A DNA stretch of 64,000 nucleotides from Parcubacteria group bacterium Gr01-1014_17 (GTDB lineage: Bacteria; Patescibacteriota; Minisyncoccia; Phycocordibacterales; UBA10002). The notes beneath the pieces were generated by a model. That model was not told the DNA's origin. It was given only the letters and a program-made list of their open reading frames with translations, and did not search any database. Both the position numbers and the translations under genes were made by a program. Below, one piece after another: positions 1-9,565 of the stretch. Each line of letters opens with the position of its first letter. Positions within the stretch are counted from its first letter, which is position 1. Where the stretch lies: positions 699 through 64,698 of the forward strand of contig VMFZ01000005.1 in the NCBI GenBank assembly GCA_007376285.1, read 5' to 3'.

Positions 1-647
1 GGTTTTGTCGCGACCACAACTTTTACAGGTAAGTCGCGCACGGCGTCAAAAAGAGTTTTATAGTCGCGCCCTAAGTCGCGGCCGACGGATAGAATATACA
101 GCACCCGATGTTGGTCGGCGGCAAACATCGGGTGCAGGAAAGATTTCGCATCAATTCCAATATGGCGAAACACAATTTTTTCTGGAGCAATGCCGGCGTC
201 AATAAGCGGCTGTATTTGCGCGCGTGCGGTACAGACGATAACATCTAAACCCTCAATTGCTTTTTTATTGAACCAATGTAAAAACCCGCGCGGGTGGCGA
301 TGGAGCGCATTTGCAAGGTAAGTGTTGTAAATTACGAACCGCGGCTTTTTCCAGCGCAGGATTTTTTTTGCGAGAAATACGAGCGGGAGTCCTGCGCAGA
401 GAAACACGATGTCGTATTTTTTGATGGCGAAAATGTAGGGAAGATGAACAAGATTGAAAGAAACACGGCGCAAAAACTCCGGCAAACACCACTCAATAAA
501 CTCGGCATTTATGCCGAATTTTTTCATATAATTCAAGCCAAGCAGTTGGGTGTCTGGTACAAGCCCAAGCTTCCATTTTTCATAGAATGCCTTGCGTGAC
601 CCAGCGTATATATAAAGTACGCGAATGCGCTTAGGAATGTTGTTCAT
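1..647 (-). CDS. Glycosyltransferase family 1 (GT4), N-terminal ~215 aa; 3' end lies outside the window
   Basis: Continuous minus-strand frame from the ATG at ~647 to the window edge (MNNIPKRIRVLYIYAG...VLYILSVGRDLGRDYKTLFDAV). It is absent from the ORF track because no stop codon lies in the window. GT4-type N-domain followed by the start of the C-domain (VGRxxxxK-like). Confidence 0.55.
   Translation of the reverse strand, partial: MNNIPKRIRVLYIYAGSRKAFYEKWKLGLVPDTQLLGLNYMKKFGINAEFIEWCLPEFLRRVSFNLVHLPYIFAIKKYDIVFLCAGLPLVFLAKKILRWKKPRFVIYNTYLANALHRHPRGFLHWFNKKAIEGLDVIVCTARAQIQPLIDAGIAPEKIVFRHIGIDAKSFLHPMFAADQHRVLYILSVGRDLGRDYKTLFDAVRDLPVKVVVATK
103..135. repeat. 33 bp perfect palindromic element (11 bp stem CACCCGATGTT, 11 nt loop) inside the GT4 coding sequence, in-frame
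   Basis: CACCCGATGTT-GGTCGGCGGCA-AACATCGGGTG read directly. Its length is a multiple of 3 and it is translated as HPMFAADQHRV in the minus-strand gene. The stem is the same as in the terminators near 53.24 kb and 61.93 kb. Confidence 0.5.
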
Positions 648-724
648 AATTGGCTATTATATAACGAAGTCGCCTCTACTTTCGTTGCAAAAACATACAA
701 TATGAAATTTGTTATAATCGCACA

Positions 725-2917
725 ATGTATAAATTTCTGACCGGACTTCCAATAACAGTTCGCTATTTGATTGCCGGAGGCACATCTACGGCAATTGACC
801 TCGTGATTCTGTATATACTCACAGAGTTTTTCGGATGGTGGTATCTTGCGTCGGCCACTGTAGCGTTTGTGGTGGCGGTTGTCGTTAGTTTCGTCTTGCA
901 AAAGTTTTATACATTCAACAACAGCGACATATCGCAAAAAACAGTCGCCGCACAAAGCACTCTCTACCTTGCGCTTCAAATTACCAATATCGGTATTAAC
1001 ACCATGCTTATGTATGCGCTCGTTGAATGGGCGGGCGTGTGGTATTTTTTTGCGCAAATTATCGCCGCCGCCGCTATCGCCGTTGAAAGTTTCTTTGTGT
1101 ATCGTTTTATCATATTTCACACAACAGCGCCTCTAGCGCATCGCGCGGCACAGGCAGTTGCTGTGCTCCGCTTTCACCACGTGGCTCTCTCGGTAGCTGT
1201 TGTTGTATCTCTTTTGTACGGACTGCACCATTTTTTAATGCCGCAATTTATGCCTGAGGGTTTTGTGTACAAGCCCATTACTTACGAGTCCGACCATGAT
1301 GCTGGCGGATACTACGGACCGCGTGCAAACGCTTTTTTTTCGCGCAACCAACTGGATTCCCCATCTTTTCTTCCTATTCTTAACCCGCTGATTATTGGTG
1401 GTCTTGGCAAGTTACTCGGAAGTATGGAACGGGCATATATTGTTTCTGATTTTCTGTTTCCGCCGCTTATTTTTCTTGCGGTATACGCGCTCGCGCGTGA
1501 GATACTATATCGCCGTCTTCCCTCACTCATCCTCGCTTCGATTTTTATTGTCTCACCGCTTGTCGCGCTTTTTATACCGCCTTTCAACGCGGCAACTCTG
1601 CATAATTTTTTCACAGAGTGGTTTCCAGCTTTCAGAGAGCCCGCGCTTCTACATTTCTCCAGTTTTGAATATCCAAAAATCACCTTTTTGTTTTATGTCT
1701 GTGCTTTGTTTTTTATTTTCCGCGCGGTTGCGCGCGGCGGAAGAAAAAATATATTACTTGCAGGTCTTTTCTTTGGGTCGCTATTTTACACTTATTTGTA
1801 CGATTGGGCGTATATAACTGTCTCGCTTTTCATTATGTTGGTTTGGTTTGCATTGCGGCGAGAATGGAACACGGCGAAATCATGCGCTGGTATTTTCGGT
1901 ATTGGCGCGCTTGTTTCTATTCCGTATTGGCTTAACTTTGCGGCGTTGCGCCGCTTGCCGCAGTATCAAGACATCATCTTCCGCATCGGCGGACTTGAGG
2001 TTGGGCGAAGCTTTCGGTTTTCGTCGGTATGGAAAACCTACGCTCGGCATATTGTATGGATTGGAGCGCTTGCCGTCACTTCGCTTAGACGCATCCCTCG
2101 CGCTGTGATTTTCCTGATAGCGTTGCTTGCCGCGTATTTTGTTGTGGTGAATGTACAGGCGGTACTTGGTTTTTCACCACAGCCGGACCATTGGTATCGC
2201 GAGACCTTTCTTCCAGTACTGCTTTCTCTTGGTGTAGTCGGCGTGTGGACATGGGATCGTTTTCTTTCTGCGCGCATTTCCAGAAAAACAGTGCGCATCT
2301 CCTGTTCTATCTTTTTAGTTTTGTTTTTCGCACAGGCGTTTTACATGCAATATTCACTCAGTCGCAACGATTCGGTCGTGTGGGGCGTGGAACGCCGATA
2401 CGCTGATGCATACGCGTGGCTTGCGGAACATACAGAAGCCGATTCTGTAGTTGGAAGTATAAGCGAAGCAACCAACCGCGACATTTTGCTGTTCTCGCAT
2501 AACTCTCTGTTTTTGCCGAGCGGAGGTACAACTCTTATGTCCAATGAGGAGATTTGGCAACGGTTTTATGTGCTCGCTCTTGCGTGGGAATGGTCGCCGG
2601 AGCAACTGAGCAATTTTGTGCAGAAAAACTCGTACTACTTTTTTCAAGATTATTACCGCTCGAGCGCGATTGACAGTTATTTTAAGACCACACATCTACA
2701 GCTGATTCCGGAAGATGAGTTAGCAATCCACATGTCCGAGTTCGTGGAAACGCAGCAAGATAGCACGCACTCAATACAGTACAGGTTGGATTATCTTTTT
2801 GTTGGACCGCGTGAAGAGGCAATTCTGCGGGTACCAGCATCTTTTGCAAAATTGCCGCTTGCTTATAACGCTGATGGCGTGAGAATATACAGAATAAACC
2901 ATGAAAGAAAGAGATGA
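725..2917 (+). CDS. GtrA-like domain fused to a multi-pass GT-C-fold membrane glycosyltransferase (ArnT/PMT-like) with a C-terminal extracytoplasmic domain
   Basis: 730 aa. The N-terminus (LIAGGTSTAIDLVILYILTEFFGWWYLASATVAFVVAVVVSFVLQKFYTFN) matches the GtrA family. It is followed by more than 10 predicted TM helices and a ~170 aa soluble tail. The adjacent gene is a GtrB-like GT2. Confidence 0.5.
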   Translation: MYKFLTGLPITVRYLIAGGTSTAIDLVILYILTEFFGWWYLASATVAFVVAVVVSFVLQKFYTFNNSDISQKTVAAQSTLYLALQITNIGINTMLMYALVEWAGVWYFFAQIIAAAAIAVESFFVYRFIIFHTTAPLAHRAAQAVAVLRFHHVALSVAVVVSLLYGLHHFLMPQFMPEGFVYKPITYESDHDAGGYYGPRANAFFSRNQLDSPSFLPILNPLIIGGLGKLLGSMERAYIVSDFLFPPLIFLAVYALAREILYRRLPSLILASIFIVSPLVALFIPPFNAATLHNFFTEWFPAFREPALLHFSSFEYPKITFLFYVCALFFIFRAVARGGRKNILLAGLFFGSLFYTYLYDWAYITVSLFIMLVWFALRREWNTAKSCAGIFGIGALVSIPYWLNFAALRRLPQYQDIIFRIGGLEVGRSFRFSSVWKTYARHIVWIGALAVTSLRRIPRAVIFLIALLAAYFVVVNVQAVLGFSPQPDHWYRETFLPVLLSLGVVGVWTWDRFLSARISRKTVRISCSIFLVLFFAQAFYMQYSLSRNDSVVWGVERRYADAYAWLAEHTEADSVVGSISEATNRDILLFSHNSLFLPSGGTTLMSNEEIWQRFYVLALAWEWSPEQLSNFVQKNSYYFFQDYYRSSAIDSYFKTTHLQLIPEDELAIHMSEFVETQQDSTHSIQYRLDYLFVGPREEAILRVPASFAKLPLAYNADGVRIYRINHERKR

Positions 2918-3677
2918 TATTGTCGTGTCGGTCATTATTCCGCTGTACAATGAAGAGCAGCGTTTACATAAAACTTTCGCAGCGATTGAACAGTTCGGAT
3001 TTACACATGGCGTCCATCCTTTTGAAATTGTGTTTGTTGACGACGGTAGCCGCGATGCGACCGTCAAATTAGTGCGTGCATTCATAGCTAATTTTCTCGG
3101 GGCTCGACTCGTCTCACATCCGAAGAATTTAGGAAAAGGTGCGGCAGTACGCACAGGAATGCTTGCGGCGCGCGGAGCGTGGCGGCTTTTTGCGGATGCC
3201 GACATGGCGACCGACCTTAGTGAGTTTCGAAAGTTTATTCCGTTTTTCTCATCTGGCGCACCCGTTATTATCGGTAGTCGCCGTATTTACGGGGCAGAAG
3301 TACTCGTACATCAGTCGCGGTTACGCGAAATAATGGGCGGGGTCTATACGATGCTCGCTAATTTTTTTACCGGTGCCAGCGTGTCCGATTTTACTTGTGG
3401 GTTCAAGTGTTTCCGTGCAGATGCCGCGCACGCAATTTTCTCGCGCTCGCGAATTGCGCGGTGGAGTTATGATGCGGAAATTCTTTTTTTAGCTCACCGT
3501 CTTGGGTTTGCCATTCAAGAAGTCCCGGTGTTGTGGAGAAACGACGGTGCGACGCGCGTCCGGCTGTGGAAAGACGCGCCGCGCGCGTTTTTTGACCTAC
3601 TTCTTTTGCGCGTATATACGGCGATTGGGCGATATAGATTAGGCGCAGTAGAACATATTAGTCGCAATATATCTTGA
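2901..3677 (+). CDS. GT2 polyprenyl-phosphate sugar synthase (Dpm1/GtrB/Alg5-like)
   Basis: VIIPLYNEE...VFVDDGSRDAT...GKGAAVRTG...ADADMATD motifs typical of the GT2 dolichyl/undecaprenyl-phosphate glycosyltransferases. Its start overlaps the preceding GT-C gene. Confidence 0.7.
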   Translation: MKERDDIVVSVIIPLYNEEQRLHKTFAAIEQFGFTHGVHPFEIVFVDDGSRDATVKLVRAFIANFLGARLVSHPKNLGKGAAVRTGMLAARGAWRLFADADMATDLSEFRKFIPFFSSGAPVIIGSRRIYGAEVLVHQSRLREIMGGVYTMLANFFTGASVSDFTCGFKCFRADAAHAIFSRSRIARWSYDAEILFLAHRLGFAIQEVPVLWRNDGATRVRLWKDAPRAFFDLLLLRVYTAIGRYRLGAVEHISRNIS

Positions 3678-3699
3678 TGCATAGGGGTTTTAAGTATAT

Positions 3700-5901
3700 A
3701 TGCGGCTTCTGTTTATTACACAAGCGATTGATGAACGCGACCCTGTGCTCGGGTTTGTGTGTGGGTGGCTTCGCGCGTTTGCTATAGAATTTGAGCATAT
3801 ATCGTCAGTGTGTTTGCGAAAGGGCGGGTATGATTTACCGAAGAATGTATCAGTACATTCTCTCAAAGAGGGCGCCAAACAAACCGAACCAGATGTTGAT
3901 AGGCGGCAAACATCTGGTTCGGTTTCTCGACTGAGATATGTATTGCGTTTTTTGCGCTTTGTATGGCGCACACGTAATGAATACGACGCGGTGTTCGTGC
4001 ATATGAATCAGGAATATATCTTGCTTGCGGGTGTTTTGTGGCGATTGCTCGGAAAACCTGTGGCGCTTTGGTATAACCATACTGCGGGCGGAGTGTGGAC
4101 AAAAATTGCAATTCGCCTTGCGACCGTTGTATTTCACACCTCGCCATACGCGTTTACGGCTGGAACTAAAAAATCAATCCGTATGCCTGCCGGAATTAAT
4201 ACTCAACTTTTCTCTCTTGTTCATGAAATACAGAGGACACAGCATTCAATTTTATATTTAGGAAGAATCGCGCCGATTAAGGGAATAAGGGAAATAGTAC
4301 AGGCGGCTTTAATACTACGCGAACGCAATGAAGATTTTTCTTTAACGATATGCGGAGATGCGCTTCCGCGCGATGCGGCGTACGAAAAAGAAGTTCACGC
4401 GCTCGCGGAGCCGCTCGCGCGGAAGGGGAAGTGTCGTTTTTTGAATGCAATACCAAACTCTGATGCCCCGAACATTTTTTCAGCGCATGAGATTTTTGTA
4501 AACCTCACTCCTTCGGGCAATTACGATAAAACTGTGCTTGAGGCAGCGGCATGCGGCGCAATCCCCATCGTTTCATCGTCCGCGTTCCGCGATGCCTTTC
4601 CGCATGAATTGTTTTTTGAAGAACGAAATCCACAGTCGCTTGCGGATGCGATTGAACGGGTATTTGCACTATCGGACAAAAGAAAAGAAGAAATTAAAAC
4701 ACCACTAAGAAAATATGTCATAGAGACGCACGATTTGAGTTTACTGGTGAAGAAAGTGAAAAAAGTTCTTTCCGCTAAGCGTGTTTATTATGTTGCAAAC
4801 GCTCGCATACCGACAGAAAAGGCGCACGGGATTCAAATTGCAAAAATGAGCGAGGCGCTCCGCAAAATCGGCGCGGCTCTGACGCTTGTCGTTCCACGCC
4901 GTGGGAAGAAAGTGTTGCTCAAAGATTTCTACAATCTTACGGAAGAGGTTCCGCTCATCCGTCTACCATCATTCCCATACCGCGCGAGCTTTCTGCTCGG
5001 CTCACTTTCTTTTATGATTTCTGCGTTTCTGTTTCTTCTTGCGCGGAAAATCCGAGGAGAAAAATTTTTGGTGTACACCATAGATATGGATCAATTCTCT
5101 TTTTCGCTTATTCCGTTTTTGCGGGTGCCGTACTTTGTGGAGATTCACGACGCGAAACGACGCGGAATCTTGTTTCAACGGCTATTCAATCGCGCACAAG
5201 GCATTTTGACGATAAATAACATTATTAAAAATAAATTATGCGCGCGGTTTGTGATGCCGAGCGAAAAAGTGCTCGTTGCACCGAATGGTATTTCCGAAGA
5301 ATTTTTTAAAGCGAGAAATATCAGTGCGGATAAAGCGCGTGCCGTGCTCAATCTTCCGCTTAACAGAAAAATTGCGCTCTACGCAGGACAGTTTTACGCA
5401 TGGAAGGGTTTGGAAATCTTGGCGGAAGCGGCGCGCCGCGCGCCGGCAATTATATTTTACCTTGCGGGTGGGACGCGCGAAGCGTTTGAGCGCATCACCG
5501 ACATCCGCGATATTCCGGCAAATATATTGTTTGGCGGGGTGCGCCCTTATACAGAAATGCCGCTTCTCATGCGCGCGTCCGACGCACTTATCGTGCTCGG
5601 CACTAAACGCGATGAGTATTCATATTTTCACACATCGCCGATGAAACTATTTGAGTATTTGCCAGTCGGAAGACCGATTGTCGCGGCACGGACTCCAGCG
5701 ATTGTTGATATGGTTTCTGAAAAGGAGGTCTTTTTTTACGAACCAGACAATGCAGAAAGTATGGCTCAAGTGACGATGGAAGCTATATGCAATAAAACTT
5801 CCGCCAATGAAAAGGTCTCCGTGGCGCGCAAACTTGCGGAAAAATATACATGGAAAACCCGCGCCGAAGCCGTTCTTACGCTATTGGTGAATGCTGTATA
5901 A
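3700..5901 (+). CDS. Tandem double-domain glycosyltransferase (two GT4/GT-B modules, 733 aa)
   Basis: Two successive GT1-family domains, each with an EAAACG-like or LFEYLPVGRPIV-like C-terminal nucleotide-sugar binding motif (LEAAACGAIPIV at ~aa 280; KLFEYLPVGRPIVAA at ~aa 650). Confidence 0.65.
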   Translation: MRLLFITQAIDERDPVLGFVCGWLRAFAIEFEHISSVCLRKGGYDLPKNVSVHSLKEGAKQTEPDVDRRQTSGSVSRLRYVLRFLRFVWRTRNEYDAVFVHMNQEYILLAGVLWRLLGKPVALWYNHTAGGVWTKIAIRLATVVFHTSPYAFTAGTKKSIRMPAGINTQLFSLVHEIQRTQHSILYLGRIAPIKGIREIVQAALILRERNEDFSLTICGDALPRDAAYEKEVHALAEPLARKGKCRFLNAIPNSDAPNIFSAHEIFVNLTPSGNYDKTVLEAAACGAIPIVSSSAFRDAFPHELFFEERNPQSLADAIERVFALSDKRKEEIKTPLRKYVIETHDLSLLVKKVKKVLSAKRVYYVANARIPTEKAHGIQIAKMSEALRKIGAALTLVVPRRGKKVLLKDFYNLTEEVPLIRLPSFPYRASFLLGSLSFMISAFLFLLARKIRGEKFLVYTIDMDQFSFSLIPFLRVPYFVEIHDAKRRGILFQRLFNRAQGILTINNIIKNKLCARFVMPSEKVLVAPNGISEEFFKARNISADKARAVLNLPLNRKIALYAGQFYAWKGLEILAEAARRAPAIIFYLAGGTREAFERITDIRDIPANILFGGVRPYTEMPLLMRASDALIVLGTKRDEYSYFHTSPMKLFEYLPVGRPIVAARTPAIVDMVSEKEVFFYEPDNAESMAQVTMEAICNKTSANEKVSVARKLAEKYTWKTRAEAVLTLLVNAV
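3884..3922. repeat. 39 bp palindromic element (14 bp stem, 11 nt loop) inserted in-frame in the tandem-GT4 gene
   Basis: CCGAACCAGATGTT-GATAGGCGGCA-AACATCTGGTTCGG. It shares the GATGTT...GGCGGCA...AACATC core with the element at 103-135, and its length is a multiple of 3. It encodes EPDVDRRQTSGSV inside the N-terminal GT domain. Confidence 0.5.
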
Positions 5902-5908
5902 TCATCCT

Positions 5909-6580
5909 ATGAAGTCTTTACTTGGAATTGCGGATTTTTTTGGACTTACAAAAAAGATCATTCGCACGCGAATAGATGCTTTTTTGCAGAAACACGCGAC
6001 AAACGAGCGGACGCTTGATGTGGGGGGAGGTTCTGGGCCGTACAAAAAGTATTTTCCTAACCGCGTGTGCATTGATAACGAGGCGGGCGAGGGGGTTGAT
6101 TTCGTTGGCGACGCCCACGATTTATCGCGCTTCCGTGACGGAGAGTTTGAGTGCGTTCTTTGTACTGAAGTGTTGGAACACTTGCATACGCCGCAGAAAG
6201 CGATTGATGAAATGCGGCGAGTACTTAAACCTGGAGGCACCATCATTTTGACCACCCGTTTTATTTTTCCACTCCACAACATTCCTGGCGACTATTTCCG
6301 CTTTACACGCTACGGTCTCGCACATCTTTTTCGCGATTGGACGAAAGTAGAAATAAAAGAAGAAGGCACAACGATGGAGGCACTTGCGGTATTATCTGAA
6401 CGGATTGGATTCCAGACGGAAACATTTTGGACAAAATGGCTGTCTGTTGACTGGCTTATTTTGGCGAAAATTATCCCGTGGTTTTCATTTTTGATTACCA
6501 AGGAATACGGCGAGGTGGGACGCAAAAATGAAACAAAAAGTATTTTAACGAGCGGATATTTCGTGATTGCGAGAAAGTAG
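5909..6580 (+). CDS. Class I SAM-dependent methyltransferase (Methyltransf_11-like)
   Basis: LDVGGGSGPY...CTEVLEHL...LKPGGTIILTT motifs. The ORF track starts at 5891; ATG 5909 is preferred because the upstream gene stops at 5901. Confidence 0.6.
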   Translation: MKSLLGIADFFGLTKKIIRTRIDAFLQKHATNERTLDVGGGSGPYKKYFPNRVCIDNEAGEGVDFVGDAHDLSRFRDGEFECVLCTEVLEHLHTPQKAIDEMRRVLKPGGTIILTTRFIFPLHNIPGDYFRFTRYGLAHLFRDWTKVEIKEEGTTMEALAVLSERIGFQTETFWTKWLSVDWLILAKIIPWFSFLITKEYGEVGRKNETKSILTSGYFVIARK

Positions 6581-7732
6581 TATAAGTTCGTCGGCAACAC
6601 GCGCAACCATTTCTACAGTAATGTCTTCGCTTTGGCGGCGCGCTTCGCGCGCGTTGTACACAGTATTGTCCAAGATACCGAGCGCGGGCTTTTCGCGTGG
6701 TGCGGCGACCGTGCGGTGGAACTTTCCCTGCGGCGGCTGGATGTTTTCATACATCGGTCCTACGATGTCTATAGTTGGCGTGCCAAACGCTTCCGCAATA
6801 TAGACCGGTCCCGTGTCTGCGCTGATAAAAAGCGAAAACGAAGCAATGATCGCTTTTAATTCTTCCAATGAAAAGCGGTTGAGCGTATTAAGCGCGCTCG
6901 TTTCTTTTTTCACGGCACGCATCATTTTTTCTACTTCCTGCGCGTCACTGCCAACACCCAAAACGAGAATGCGCCCGCCGTGCTTTTGCGCAAGGTAGTC
7001 GGCAACTGCCGCAAACTTCTCCGGCGCCCATCGTTTGATGGGATCGCCGCCAACACCTGGCAAAATGCCGACTATCACATCTCGTTCTGGGGCAATATTT
7101 TGTTTCTCAAAGAAAGCGTTTACGCTTGCTTTCGCTTCTGCGGTATAGGTGAGCCGTTTGGTCGTATCGTCACTTTTAATACCGATGGGCTCAAGGAGCC
7201 GCAGATATTCGCGTGGCACATAACGCTCATTATAATGGGGAATTGCAATAACGGCGCGCAAAAGTTTTTTGTAAGTGCGCGTCTCGTAGGGAGAGTACCC
7301 ACCGACAATTTTCGGCGCGGCAATTGCTTTCACTCCGCCAGCGATAAGGAGCGTAAGGCCGTAAAGCGATGGCAACGGAAGCACGCCAAAGTCGGCGTGC
7401 TCGCGCGCGAGGACGCGCGCGGCGCTCCAAAAACTTTTTCCGATGACGATATACTTATCCACCTCCGGATGCCCGTGCAAAAGTTTTTGATTAACCGCAT
7501 CGCCTAACACCACAAGTCGCGCATGCGGGAAGCGCTTCTTAATCGCGTGAAAAAGAGGTGTCGTGCACACCATGTCGCCGAGTTTTGCTCCCTGCAGAAT
7601 AGCAATCTTACTGGGGTTTTTGGGCGCGCGTCTGCGCGCGCCGAAAAACACGACATGCGCCGATGCGAGTAGAAAAAGTCCAGCGTTTTTAAGCCGTTCA
7701 ATAACGGCGCGCCGCCATTTGCGAAATGTCAT
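6545..7732 (-). CDS. Glycosyltransferase family 9 (ADP-heptose:acceptor heptosyltransferase-like)
   Basis: KIAILQGAKLGDMVCTTPLFHAIKKRFPHARLVVLG N-terminal signature of the RfaF/WaaC/WaaQ family. C-terminal ADTGPVYIAEAFGTPT motif. Confidence 0.65.
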   Translation of the reverse strand: MTFRKWRRAVIERLKNAGLFLLASAHVVFFGARRRAPKNPSKIAILQGAKLGDMVCTTPLFHAIKKRFPHARLVVLGDAVNQKLLHGHPEVDKYIVIGKSFWSAARVLAREHADFGVLPLPSLYGLTLLIAGGVKAIAAPKIVGGYSPYETRTYKKLLRAVIAIPHYNERYVPREYLRLLEPIGIKSDDTTKRLTYTAEAKASVNAFFEKQNIAPERDVIVGILPGVGGDPIKRWAPEKFAAVADYLAQKHGGRILVLGVGSDAQEVEKMMRAVKKETSALNTLNRFSLEELKAIIASFSLFISADTGPVYIAEAFGTPTIDIVGPMYENIQPPQGKFHRTVAAPREKPALGILDNTVYNAREARRQSEDITVEMVARVADELILLSRNHEISAR

Positions 7733-7788
7733 AGTGTGTCGTATTATAACGCTTTAGCCAGCCCGTTTGTTTTCATAAAAAAGCGAAT
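7733..7788. promoter_or_regulatory. Divergent intergenic region between the GT9 gene (-) and the heptose module (+); presumed promoters
   Basis: 56 bp AT-rich spacer between divergent start codons. No motif could be verified. Confidence 0.25.
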
Positions 7789-8655
7789 ATGAAAGAGAAA
7801 ATAATCGTGTTGGGCGCTGACCATAACGGAGTTGCGGTAAAAGCCGTTATTAAAGAACTCCTGAGTAAACTCGGATTTATTCCTATTGACCTTGGTCCGC
7901 ACACTGAGAGCGAGAAAGTTGATTATACGGATTATGCGCAAATGCTTGGGCATATCGTCAATAATGGCGATTCAACGCGAGGGATTCTTGTTTGCGGAAC
8001 GGGCGTCGGTATGAGTATCGTTGCTAACCGCTTTCCAAATGTGCGCGCCGCACTCGCGCACAGCGCGGAGGTAGCGCAAAAGACACGCGAGCACAACGAT
8101 GCGAATGTATTGTGTCTCGGCGCATGGGTGAACTCGCTTCCCGAGAACTTGCGCATTGTTCGTGCATGGCTTAATACTGAGTTTGGCGAAGGCAGACATG
8201 TGCGGCGGGTGGAAAAAACAAAAGAGCACTCGCGCGATAAGATTGTTTTTACAAACGGAATTTTTGATATTTTGCACAAAGGGCATATTGAACTCTTTAA
8301 ATTTGCAAAATCCCTAGGCGGGCGGCTTATTGTCGGAATCAATTCAGACCGCACGACTAAGTTGCTTAAAGGGAAAGGCAGACCCATCAATTCCGCGCAA
8401 GAAAGAAAAGCCACACTTGAAACCATACAATACATTGACCAAGTCGTTGTTTTTGACGACACAAAAACAATCGGCATTATCCAAGATGTGAAGCCGGATA
8501 TTGTGGTAAAAGGCGGAGAATGGACTTCTGCGGAAGTGCGACGGCGCGACAAAATTCCAGAAAAGATAGAAGTGCGAGTTTGCCCTTTGGTAATGCAGTC
8601 GTCCGGAATTAAATATTCTTCAACCAATGTTATTGAAAAAATCAAAAACAGATAA
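7789..8655 (+). CDS. Fusion: RpiB/LacAB-family sugar-phosphate isomerase (N-terminal) plus heptose-1-phosphate adenylyltransferase (RfaE/HldE domain II-like cytidylyltransferase fold, C-terminal)
   Basis: N-terminus GADHNG...ILVCGTGVGMSIVANR...GEGRHVRRV matches RpiB. C-terminus IVFTNGIFDILHKGHIELFKFAKSLGGRLIVGINSDRTTKLLKGKGRPINSAQER...VKGGEW matches HldE domain II. Confidence 0.7.
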   Translation: MKEKIIVLGADHNGVAVKAVIKELLSKLGFIPIDLGPHTESEKVDYTDYAQMLGHIVNNGDSTRGILVCGTGVGMSIVANRFPNVRAALAHSAEVAQKTREHNDANVLCLGAWVNSLPENLRIVRAWLNTEFGEGRHVRRVEKTKEHSRDKIVFTNGIFDILHKGHIELFKFAKSLGGRLIVGINSDRTTKLLKGKGRPINSAQERKATLETIQYIDQVVVFDDTKTIGIIQDVKPDIVVKGGEWTSAEVRRRDKIPEKIEVRVCPLVMQSSGIKYSSTNVIEKIKNR

Positions 8656-9565
8656 GCCGATTTTGGTTATTGGGGATGTCATTTTAGACATCTATCATTT
8701 TGGAGACCATCTTGCCGACTCCGAAGGAGTAGCAGTTGGGCGTGACAGAGAAACGCGCCACTCGTGGGGCGGGGCGGGACTTTTAGTGCGCAACCTTCTG
8801 GAGTTGGGACAAAAAGTATCTTTCATTTCTCTGGTAGGAGACGACCAATGGGGTGAATATGAGAAACAGTGGACGCACCGCAACTTGACGAAATATTTTG
8901 TGCGCGAACGCGTAAGAAAAACCGTCGTCAAAGAGCGGTTTGTGGTGGACGGTAAAAAAGTGTTTAAGTGGAATTCGTTAGAAGATAAAAGGACGAGCCC
9001 TGCGACCGGGAGGCGTATGCTCTCTTTGGTAAAAAAAATCCTTCCACAATGCAGGGTACTCGTCATCTCCGACTATCGGCACGGCCTTTTGAGCAGACAC
9101 CTTGCGACGCAACTGGTGACGCTTGCAAAAAAAACGGACATACCGGTTGTCGTTGATTCTCAGGTGTCGCAACGGGAGAGCAACCACCAGTGGTACGCTG
9201 GAGCCGATGTGTTTTGTTTGAATGAAGAGGAGGCGCGTTCCATTGAGCCTGCATTTGATGCGGAAAATATAGAGCGTTCGCTTCAGCAACTCTCCAAAAT
9301 TCTGGATAGTAAATATATTGTGGTAAAAAGAGGAGAACGCGGTTCGGTGGCACTTATATCCGGTGCATATATAATGTCGCTGCCGCACAAAGTCAAAGCG
9401 GTTGATTCGTGTGGTGCGGGAGATGCGTTTCTCGCGGCGCTTGCCTCGCGTGGATTTCCCCCCAACGAAGACGCACTTCGATTTGCTAACTTCTGGGCGG
9501 CGCTTTCAACCACCGTTATCGGCGCCGAACCGCCAAAATATGTGCAAAAATATGTACGGCATTGA
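8627..9565 (+). CDS. PfkB-family carbohydrate kinase (heptose 7-phosphate kinase, RfaE/HldE domain I-like)
   Basis: ILVIGDVILD N-terminus and the DSCGAGDAF PfkB signature. It overlaps the preceding adenylyltransferase gene by 29 bp. Confidence 0.65.
   Translation: MLLKKSKTDKPILVIGDVILDIYHFGDHLADSEGVAVGRDRETRHSWGGAGLLVRNLLELGQKVSFISLVGDDQWGEYEKQWTHRNLTKYFVRERVRKTVVKERFVVDGKKVFKWNSLEDKRTSPATGRRMLSLVKKILPQCRVLVISDYRHGLLSRHLATQLVTLAKKTDIPVVVDSQVSQRESNHQWYAGADVFCLNEEEARSIEPAFDAENIERSLQQLSKILDSKYIVVKRGERGSVALISGAYIMSLPHKVKAVDSCGAGDAFLAALASRGFPPNEDALRFANFWAALSTTVIGAEPPKYVQKYVRH

Noticed and set aside
5-205. 66 aa plus-strand ORF whose peptide (PDVGRRQTSG) resembles a segment of the tandem-GT4 protein at 3700-5901
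   Set aside because: It is antisense to the real minus-strand GT4 gene (1-647). The resemblance comes from both reading through the same palindromic element, not from protein homology.
294-1120. Track ORFs 294-599(+), 265-492(-), 644-1120(-) and 867-1136(+)
   Set aside because: They are shadow ORFs overlapping the minus-strand GT4 gene or the GtrA-GT-C gene. Their peptides are low-complexity and have no domains.
7932-8645. 237 aa minus-strand ORF
   Set aside because: It lies entirely antisense to the strongly supported RpiB-adenylyltransferase fusion gene. The peptide has no recognisable features.
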